From the IMG/VR virus record IMGVR_UViG_3300010401_000336, positions 1 to 52,368 of that record: 52,368 nt of DNA. One strand, written 5' to 3'. The number at the start of each line of letters is the position of its first letter. The first letter of the stretch is position 1. The notes under the pieces were generated by a model that was given only the letters and a program-made list of their open reading frames with translations, was not told the DNA's origin and ran no database searches. Made by a program: the position numbers and the translations under genes. Below, one piece after another: positions 46,275 to 52,368 of this stretch. Source of the DNA: a virus. Taxonomy: Duplodnaviria > Caudoviricetes.

Positions 46275-47165
46275 TCATGTTCCGACCTCGCCGAACAGCT
46301 CACCCTGCCCAAGGTTCACCGACGACACCGCCTTGACCGTCAGCTCCGCGCGCCCCGGGTCTTTCTCGATCCCGATGAACCGCCTCCCCTGAGCGACCGC
46401 AGCGCGTCCAGTTGTCCCGCCGCCCGAGCATGGGTCAACACAGAGATCACCACGCCGCGAATAGTCCGCCACGATGCACTGCATGGCGAGCAAGGGCTTT
46501 CCGCCGACGACGCGATCGGTTCCGCCGGTCGAGTTGATCTCGCGCTCGCCGGGGACGACGTAGGCTCCACGCAGCGTTCCCCAAGAGCTGAACGGCTCAC
46601 CCCGAGGCCGCGCGACGACGAGCCAGCAGGTCCAGCCGCTAGGACCATCGCCAGCCATCCGAACGCGTGAGCCGGTCTCCACGAGCGGGATCGGCGCGAA
46701 CGGATAGAGACCATGCCGGACGAGTGAAGTCCGCCAGGCCGGCGCGAGCACGTCATCGGTGATGGTGACGATCCAGCCGGCCGTTCGCGGGCACCAGATG
46801 TCGCAGAAGCGGCGAACGTCAGCGGGTGTCCAGGCCGAATACTCAATGTCGCGGCGGCCGCTTTCGCCAAGGGCAGCCTTGCGAGCCGAGTAGTTGCGTT
46901 CCCGAATGCGCGCCGTGTTGGTCGACCGAGCGCCGAACGCTGCGGCACGGTCGGCGGTCAGCTTGCCGTTCTGGTGTCCCGAATGGGTCCGCCCCGAATA
47001 GGGGGCGTCCACGCAAAGCAGGTTGGCCTTGCGAGCGGCCATGGCCGCCGCGACATGCTCGGCTCTGAGCGAATCGGCATGCCAGATTTCGGCGGTCTCT
47101 GCGCGGTAGATTAGCTTCGGTTCGCTCGGGGCATCGCCCGTTGCCTTGCACTTGGATTGGTTCAC
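46275..47165 (-). CDS. N6-adenine/N4-cytosine DNA methyltransferase (beta class)
   Basis: Motif IV variant VDAPY precedes motif I DLCVDPCSGGGTTG...FIGIE. Confidence 0.8.
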   Translation of the reverse strand: MNQSKCKATGDAPSEPKLIYRAETAEIWHADSLRAEHVAAAMAARKANLLCVDAPYSGRTHSGHQNGKLTADRAAAFGARSTNTARIRERNYSARKAALGESGRRDIEYSAWTPADVRRFCDIWCPRTAGWIVTITDDVLAPAWRTSLVRHGLYPFAPIPLVETGSRVRMAGDGPSGWTCWLVVARPRGEPFSSWGTLRGAYVVPGEREINSTGGTDRVVGGKPLLAMQCIVADYSRRGDLCVDPCSGGGTTGRAAVAQGRRFIGIEKDPGRAELTVKAVSSVNLGQGELFGEVGT

Positions 47166-47482
47166 GCGCTCCTCCTATCCGCTCTCCAAGCCACCGCCGT
47201 CCTCACGGCCTCTTCAACGCTCCGCACCGTGCCCACGCGCAGGCCGGCTTTGGCGGCTCGGCGATGCCAATCCTTCTGTGCCGGCCGCAGCTTCCCGATC
47301 GGCGTCTTCGTTTCAAGGAAGCCCACGATCGGGGCGAGCAACATGGTGTCGGGGGTGCCATCGCTCATGCCGGCGAAGTAGCCGGCACGCGTCGGGACCT
47401 TGCCCGAGTTACAACGCTCGACCCAGAAGCCGGCGGCGGTGAGGGCGGCGCGGATTGAGCGGGAGATGTCGGTTTCGCTCAT
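47162..47482 (-). CDS. VRR-NUC domain nuclease
   Basis: GTPD...FLETKTPIGKLRPAQKDW...VRSVEEA. Confidence 0.85.
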   Translation of the reverse strand: MSETDISRSIRAALTAAGFWVERCNSGKVPTRAGYFAGMSDGTPDTMLLAPIVGFLETKTPIGKLRPAQKDWHRRAAKAGLRVGTVRSVEEAVRTAVAWRADRRSA

Positions 47483-47865
47483 GAACTCACCCTCTTCGGC
47501 ACCACATGCACCGGTATCCCGCTCTTCACCGCCAAAGAGACCATGCTCAGCGTGCCGCGGCTCACACCATCCCAGAACGCCAGGCACAGCTCGGCGCCGT
47601 CATTCGCCATGGCCTCGTTGCGCATCGGGCCAGCGGCGAAACCGAATTGCTTCCAGTCCGCCGGGTACCGCTCGACGTTCGCTCCAGAGTCGCTAGCCCA
47701 CGTGTCGGCGATTGCGTCAGCACCGGTAGGGCACGCGCCGTGCACGATCGTCACGTCTGAGCACTCCTTGACGCCCAGGCGCGATAGCTCGAGCATCAGT
47801 GACTCGTAGACAGCGGCATCGTCCGACCAGTCGCGTGAGCCGCAGATGATGATGCGCGCCTTCAC
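47479..47865 (-). CDS. SLOG-family (DUF2493/YspA-like) protein
   Basis: IICGSRDW, IVHGACPTGAD, AGPMRNEAM and AFWDGVSRGT motifs. Confidence 0.88.
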   Translation of the reverse strand: MKARIIICGSRDWSDDAAVYESLMLELSRLGVKECSDVTIVHGACPTGADAIADTWASDSGANVERYPADWKQFGFAAGPMRNEAMANDGAELCLAFWDGVSRGTLSMVSLAVKSGIPVHVVPKRVSS

Positions 47866-48026
47866 TTACGCACCTTCAGCTCCGCCAACCTCGCGAACGA
47901 ATGACCCACCCCGCACGAGTACACGCCGTCAGCCAGCACGATTGAGCCGGAGCAAACCGGGCAGACCAGAGTCTTGGCGACCGGGCGCGGGCGGGAGAGG
48001 CGGATTAGTTGGGTGAGGGTGGTCAC
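47862..48026 (-). CDS. Small zinc-ribbon protein
   Basis: CPVC...CGVGHSF; GTGA overlap start. Confidence 0.5.
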   Translation of the reverse strand: MTTLTQLIRLSRPRPVAKTLVCPVCSGSIVLADGVYSCGVGHSFARLAELKVRK

Positions 48027-48949
48027 GTTTTCGCATCCCGCCAGTAGCCTTCGAGCCCGCGGATCTTCAGCGGGACGAGCTTGTCGCGCGGATACGTCGC
48101 TGCGTCTCGCATGTACCCCTCGATCACGAAGTACTCGTCGTTGATGGTGCCATCGGTGTAGTAGTTGAAGCTCTCGATGGACGTCTTGACGGTGCGCCAG
48201 AAGCACACATCTTTCCCGTGCATCGCGAACACCTCAGCCGAATAGAAGTGCCCCACGAGCGGGAATTCCTTCTTCACTTGCCCGAAGACGCGCTCGTAGA
48301 CCCGCACGTCCTCGATGAGGAACGCCTCGCGCGTATCCGTGCAAATGCGGCGCACCTGCACGTAGGCAACGTTCTCGAAGCTGCAAGCGTATCGGAGCAG
48401 CTCCGGGAACTCCGTCTGATTGTAGCGGTTGAGTACGATGCTCACGCGTACGCTCTTCGTCGCCGGGATGATCGTGTCCCAGTCGGGGATGTCCCGACGG
48501 CGCATGATCTTCCAGTTCGTCTCCGGGTCGCGCGAGTGAATCGAATAGCCGACGTTGCGGCGGCACCGGTTGATCACGTCCATTCGCTTCGGGGCCAGGT
48601 ACCCGTTCGTGCGAAGCCCCACGTCGAAGCCGCGCGCCTGCACATGGTCGACCAACTCGCCGAGGTGCCGATAGATCAGGCTGTCGGTGTTCTGTCCCGT
48701 GACGTAGATCCGCTTGATGCCGGCACCCGCGCACTTGTCGAGGTACGCGTCGAAGTTCGCCCACTCGCTGAAATGGACCTTCGTCTGGTCGTGCTTCTTG
48801 AACTCGTCGTCGATATCCTTGCCGAGGCAGAAATAGCAATCGACATTGCACGCGCCGAGAAGGTTTATGTTCGCAAACACGGGCGCCTCGCGGTGCATGT
48901 TCTTCTCGAACTCGGGCTCGTCGAGTTTGTTGCGCCACCGATCAGACAT
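48023..48949 (-). CDS. Radical SAM enzyme
   Basis: CNVDCYFC cluster motif, VTGQNTDSL and LRTNG. Confidence 0.88.
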   Translation of the reverse strand: MSDRWRNKLDEPEFEKNMHREAPVFANINLLGACNVDCYFCLGKDIDDEFKKHDQTKVHFSEWANFDAYLDKCAGAGIKRIYVTGQNTDSLIYRHLGELVDHVQARGFDVGLRTNGYLAPKRMDVINRCRRNVGYSIHSRDPETNWKIMRRRDIPDWDTIIPATKSVRVSIVLNRYNQTEFPELLRYACSFENVAYVQVRRICTDTREAFLIEDVRVYERVFGQVKKEFPLVGHFYSAEVFAMHGKDVCFWRTVKTSIESFNYYTDGTINDEYFVIEGYMRDAATYPRDKLVPLKIRGLEGYWRDAKT

Positions 48950-49226
48950 TCGTGACCTCCCTCGGCCCCGCCTCACCCAAAAGCCTCGCCTCTCGCTCAC
49001 TCAGCAACGCGAGCCGCTCGATCATGAGCTTGGTCCACTCGGTATCGGCCTCCTCGACCAGCCGCAGCCAGTACGCCTTATCCTGCGTCCGCGACGACAC
49101 GAGCCGGCCGAACGCGAGCGACCGGATGCCTTCGATCGACGAGAGCTCCTTGTCGATCCGCGCCAGCCGCCGAGACAGCGCCGGCACGTACCCGCGTGGC
49201 TGCCGAAACTGGAGAAGCTTGCCCAT
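48942..49226 (-). CDS. Hypothetical coiled-coil protein
   Basis: MGKLLQFRQPR...; TGATG overlap start. Confidence 0.5.
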   Translation of the reverse strand: MGKLLQFRQPRGYVPALSRRLARIDKELSSIEGIRSLAFGRLVSSRTQDKAYWLRLVEEADTEWTKLMIERLALLSEREARLLGEAGPREVTNV

Positions 49227-49477
49227 CAGTTCACCCGCACCCCTTCTGCCGTTCGGCGCCACCGCTGCGATTCGACGAGCGCACGCTTGAGCACGCTGGT
49301 CTCCCAGACGGCCTGGGTTGCCGCCGCGCACGCCGCGTCCCGTTGCCGCTCGGCCTTGTCCCGGGAGCGGACGGCGATGCGCAGGGTCTCGCGGTACCAG
49401 TCGCGGTCTCGGCGGAGACGCAGGGAGTAGCCGACGGCCAGGAGGGTGACCAGGGCGAGGGGAGCGGCGAGGCCCAT
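49226..49477 (-). CDS. Small protein with N-terminal TM segment and coiled coil
   Basis: MGLAAPLALVTLLAVGY; TAATG overlap with the int stop codon. Confidence 0.55.
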   Translation of the reverse strand: MGLAAPLALVTLLAVGYSLRLRRDRDWYRETLRIAVRSRDKAERQRDAACAAATQAVWETSVLKRALVESQRWRRTAEGVRVN

Positions 49478-50940
49478 TAGCCTTCCCCCCAGGGCGAGCG
49501 GAGGAGGGGCGGATCCACCAGCCCGAGCGCCTCCCCGGCCTTGCGGAGCGACGGCAGCGGGTCACCGCCGTCCAGCGCCGCCCGCTTGGAGACCAGCAGC
49601 GCGATCCCCGGCGCGGCGCCTTTCGCGTCTACCTGGCCGAACTTGAGGAGCCGCCTTTGATTCGCGTCAAACAGCGCATCGATCGGGATGATCTCTGCGA
49701 GTTTTCGGGGTGCCGACTGCTTCCGCTGATTGCCGCTTTCTTCCGTTGTTTCCCGCTCGCTACCGTCCGGTGTCCCTGATTCGAGTCCAGGCGCTGGAGC
49801 CCTGAAAGATGCCGCGAGCCGCTTCGGATCTAGGTCCAAGTCAAAAACGGCGACGGCTTCGCAGAGGGCTCGCCACTCGAACGTCGTGTAGTCGTCGATG
49901 GTCTCGCCGCGGGCGTTGTGGGTCACCCGCTCGAGCACGTCCTTGGGCGCCCCGTTCGACCGGGCGACGCTGATGAACGTGTGCCTGGTGGCGTGGAGGG
50001 TCCGGTTCTCGACCCCGAGCTTCGCGAGCCCACGCTGGAACATCTTGTAGGCGCTCGACTTGGTGTGGCATTCGCCGGCCCGGTTCGGGACGATGAAGTC
50101 GTCGGGCTCGGGCTTGCGACGGTGGACCAACTCGAAGCCCTCGGACCACCACCAGCGGAGCCGCTGCTCGAGCTCGGGGTGGACCGGGACGAGACGCGGG
50201 TGGGTGTCCTCGGCATCGTCGGTCTTGAGTGGCTGGTCCTCGTACTGCGTCCACACGTTGAGCGCCGAGAGCGGCTCCCAGTCCCGGCTCCAGTCCCGCC
50301 AGCGCCGGCCGCAGATCTCGCCCTCGCGCATGCCGGTGAAGAACGCGAGCGCGTTCCAGACCTGCTGGTCGGGGAGAAGCTCGGCCGCCCCAGTGAGGGA
50401 GCGAGACTCGGCTCGCGTGTACGGCTTGCGTCGGTTGCCCCGCGCACTCTTCCACCGGATCTCGCCGCGTGGGAGGACCGTCGGGTCGTCGGCGATCACC
50501 TCGTCGAACAGGGCGCGGCGGAATGCGCCGCGCACGATCCCGTAGACCGTGGCGAGCGACTTCTCACCGAGCTTGCCGTCCGCTCGGATCTCCTCGACGA
50601 GACGGAGCGTGTGCCGCGGCCGGACCTTCGTGATCGGCATGCTGGCGAACCAGGAGCGCTCGGCGCAGAGGACATGGTTGGCCACGAGCGCGCGATCGTT
50701 CTCCAGCGTTCGGTTCGTGCGCTTCGCGAAGTACACGTCGAACCAAGTGCGGACGAGGACGCGGCCCTTAGCCTCGGGGTTGTACGTGCCGCCCAGAACC
50801 TCAGCCTTGCGCTGCGCCTCGAGCCGTTCAGCCGAACGCTCGTCCGTGCCGGCGCGCTCCCACTTGGTCTTCCCGTTCCAGTCGAACGTGACCCAGTAGG
50901 CCGTCTTTCCGCTCTGGAGCCTACGCGGCACGATGGCCAT
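49477..50940 (-). CDS. int: Tyrosine integrase with long C-terminal extension
   Basis: TGMREGEI (R), PLKT (K), LHATRHT (HxxR), VTHN and DDYT (Y). Confidence 0.92.
   Translation of the reverse strand: MAIVPRRLQSGKTAYWVTFDWNGKTKWERAGTDERSAERLEAQRKAEVLGGTYNPEAKGRVLVRTWFDVYFAKRTNRTLENDRALVANHVLCAERSWFASMPITKVRPRHTLRLVEEIRADGKLGEKSLATVYGIVRGAFRRALFDEVIADDPTVLPRGEIRWKSARGNRRKPYTRAESRSLTGAAELLPDQQVWNALAFFTGMREGEICGRRWRDWSRDWEPLSALNVWTQYEDQPLKTDDAEDTHPRLVPVHPELEQRLRWWWSEGFELVHRRKPEPDDFIVPNRAGECHTKSSAYKMFQRGLAKLGVENRTLHATRHTFISVARSNGAPKDVLERVTHNARGETIDDYTTFEWRALCEAVAVFDLDLDPKRLAASFRAPAPGLESGTPDGSERETTEESGNQRKQSAPRKLAEIIPIDALFDANQRRLLKFGQVDAKGAAPGIALLVSKRAALDGGDPLPSLRKAGEALGLVDPPLLRSPWGEG
49772..49801 (+). 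other. Putative attP core resembling a tRNA 3' half (probably tRNA-Asn)
   Basis: GTC CCTGA TTCGAGT CCAGG CGCTGGA G CC reads as T-arm (one mismatch), acceptor strand, discriminator and CC. Confidence 0.7.
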
Positions 50941-51118
50941 CGATGTACCTCAGTAGGGTTGCACGGTTGAAGCGCCACTCGCGACCGATCTTCTTGCCTG
51001 GTAACTCACCCTTGGTGGCACGCTTGGCGACGGTGTGAGAGCAGAGGCGCAGGAGCGCGGCGGCTTCTGTGAGCGTCAGGACTTCGCCCTGCTCGGGCGT
51101 GAGAGCCTGGTCGGTCAC
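50921..51118 (-). CDS. xis: Excisionase-family HTH protein
   Basis: VLTLTEAAALLRL...GELPGKKIGREWRF; overlaps the int start. Confidence 0.85.
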   Translation of the reverse strand: MTDQALTPEQGEVLTLTEAAALLRLCSHTVAKRATKGELPGKKIGREWRFNRATLLRYIDGHRAA

Positions 51119-51630
51119 AACAGCCCCCGAACCTTGCGGTACGTCGCCAGTCTCTCCCGCTCCCCCTTCATCGCCTGGTCGCAATGCTTCGCACCGAGCA
51201 GCCGGAACGCTCCCAGGATCCGCGCGTCGCCGGTCTCGTGGCACGCGCTCAATGCCCACCGAGCATGACGAGCCGCGACCTCCGCTTGGTGCTCCACGTT
51301 CTCGATCCCGGTCATGCGCGCCCACGAGTCGTCAGACATTCCGTTACGATGCGCTTGCCACGGGCCTCTCGCTCTGAACGTCATCGAGCCGTCCGCGTGG
51401 CGCACCGGATCGCATTCCCAGCGACGGCAATCACCCTGGGCAATCCTGAGTGAAAAGTGCGTCTCCGCGTTCGACCACGCGATCAGAAATGCCGCCTCGT
51501 CCTGCGTCTGCGAGACCTTCGCCACGGCCGCCGCGATCGCGTTGAGCTGCGCTTCCTTCTCCGGCCCGCGCACATCCTCGTGGAAGATGGCGAGCAGGCC
51601 GAGGGCGGTTAGGATGGCTTGGAGGGTCAT
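51115..51630 (-). CDS. Putative lysozyme-fold/lytic transglycosylase-like protein
   Basis: Hydrophobic N-terminus; LIAWSNAETHF and ARGPWQ resemble the SLT E-S/T and G-x-x-Q motifs. Confidence 0.5.
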   Translation of the reverse strand: MTLQAILTALGLLAIFHEDVRGPEKEAQLNAIAAAVAKVSQTQDEAAFLIAWSNAETHFSLRIAQGDCRRWECDPVRHADGSMTFRARGPWQAHRNGMSDDSWARMTGIENVEHQAEVAARHARWALSACHETGDARILGAFRLLGAKHCDQAMKGERERLATYRKVRGLL

Positions 51631-51752
51631 GAGTGCATGCGCCCGTGGAACAGGAGACCAACGAAAATCTGAAAGCAGCCGATCCAGATCCAGTGGCCAA
51701 CGCCCGCGATCGCGTCGCAGAGCTTCTTCAGTTGCGCGTCCGTCAATGCCAC
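51627..51752 (-). CDS. 41-aa membrane peptide
   Basis: MALTDAQLKKLCDAIAGVGHWIWIGCFQIFVGLLFHGRMHS; GGAGGA upstream and ATGA overlap at its end. Confidence 0.45.
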   Translation of the reverse strand: MALTDAQLKKLCDAIAGVGHWIWIGCFQIFVGLLFHGRMHS

Positions 51753-51829
51753 AGTCCTCCGCACCCAGCCCCAGCGCCGAAGGCCATCAAGAAGAATATC
51801 GCGGTGACGGCGAGGGTGCGGATGGTCAT
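51743..51829 (-). CDS. 28-aa hydrophobic peptide
   Basis: MTIRTLAVTAIFFLMAFGAGAGCGGLWH; GAGGAG upstream and ATGA overlap. Confidence 0.4.
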   Translation of the reverse strand: MTIRTLAVTAIFFLMAFGAGAGCGGLWH

Positions 51830-52002
51830 TTCGACTCCTCGCAGACATCGTGCGACATGCGGCACCCGTGGCCCTCGACATGCACGAAACGTCCACCGGC
51901 CTCGTGGCAATTCGCCCGACGCAGGCGCTCAACGTACGCATCGCCAATCTGCGACGCGCTGATGAACACAAAAAATACCCCGAGCCAAAGCAGGTCTTTC
52001 AC
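51826..52002 (-). CDS. 58-aa membrane peptide
   Basis: MKDLLWLGVFFVFISASQIG...CHEAGG...C; GTGA overlap. Confidence 0.5.
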   Translation of the reverse strand: MKDLLWLGVFFVFISASQIGDAYVERLRRANCHEAGGRFVHVEGHGCRMSHDVCEESK

Positions 52003-52175
52003 GGCAAATCCCCCCTCGGTCCCTCACCACTATTCACCTGCAGCTCCGTCAAGCATTCGCGCGCCCCCGAGCAGATGGCGTGCGGAGGAAGCGGCTTCTC
52101 CGGAACGCTGTCCCAGTTCGCCATGAGGTTGAGCGAGACGACGAGGCCGATGGCCATGAAGAGGCGGAAGGTCAT
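51999..52175 (-). CDS. 58-aa membrane or secreted peptide
   Basis: MTFRLFMAIGLVVSLNLMANW...GDLP; stop overlaps the next start. Confidence 0.45.
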   Translation of the reverse strand: MTFRLFMAIGLVVSLNLMANWDSVPEKPLPPHAICSGARECLTELQVNSGEGPRGDLP

Positions 52176-52273
52176 CTGTCACCTGCTGTGGCGTGGTATC
52201 CCGAATTGGTGTGGATCGCTGCCGCGCTGGGAATCCGTGCGTTGCCAAAGGATCCCGTAGGTGGACAAAAGGG

Positions 52274-52368
52274 GAGGCGTTCGAGCCAATGGCGACATCG
52301 GTATTTGTGCTGGCACCAGTCTTGTATTCGACCTCAATGTCATCACCATTCGCGGCGTCATCTTGGAA
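52274..52368 (+). repeat. 95-bp exact copy of 3567-3661 at the window end
   Basis: Base-by-base identity. Confidence 0.95.

Larger units (their letters stand above)
1..52368 (-). mobile_element. Temperate tailed phage genome (partial): contractile tail, Mu-like head genes, tyrosine integrase
   Basis: Continuous minus-strand phage gene order (int/xis, replication, terminase, portal, protease, capsid, sheath, tube, tape measure, baseplate, fibres). No host housekeeping genes are present. Confidence 0.95.

Noticed and set aside
46009-46278. 89-aa ORF as a protein-coding gene
   Set aside because: It has no motifs and the region is better explained by RNA structure. It is not fully excluded as a leader peptide, since it overlaps both neighbours.
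48023-48949. Viperin-like or QueE (7-deazaguanine pathway) assignment for the radical SAM gene
   Set aside because: I could not see family-specific motifs, and no queC, queD, folE or dpdA neighbours are present.
49740-49805. Complete tRNA gene
   Set aside because: Only the T-arm and 3' acceptor strand are present; there is no matching 5' strand, D-arm or anticodon arm upstream.

Overview
The whole window is part of a GC-rich temperate myovirus-type phage genome, with almost all genes on the minus strand. Both ends are incomplete, and no repressor or classical lysis cassette is visible. Read right to left it contains: small membrane-peptide ORFs, xis and a tyrosine integrase with a tRNA-like attP core inside int; an early and replication region (radical SAM, SLOG, VRR-NUC, DNA methyltransferase, primase, DnaB, HD protein, DUF6745 pair, HNH); TerS and TerL with a class 3 LAGLIDADG intein; Mu-like head genes; and a contractile tail and baseplate with a -1 frameshift chaperone. 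A distal block encodes two collagen-like fibres, two LamG-like proteins, a DUF4038/collagen-binding protein and two glycosyltransferases. The most unusual element is the only convincing plus-strand gene (11617-12438). It is a Cys-rich lipoprotein whose signal-peptide n-region is a complete ribbon-helix-helix DNA-binding domain, preceded by a leaderless-type sigma70 promoter overlapped by a helically phased direct repeat. Other highlights are the putative virion glycosylation module, a structured RNA with loop-loop complementarity, and a combinatorial 12-bp minisatellite. A myxobacterial host is inferred, not shown. All family names come from recognising motifs by eye; no searches were run.
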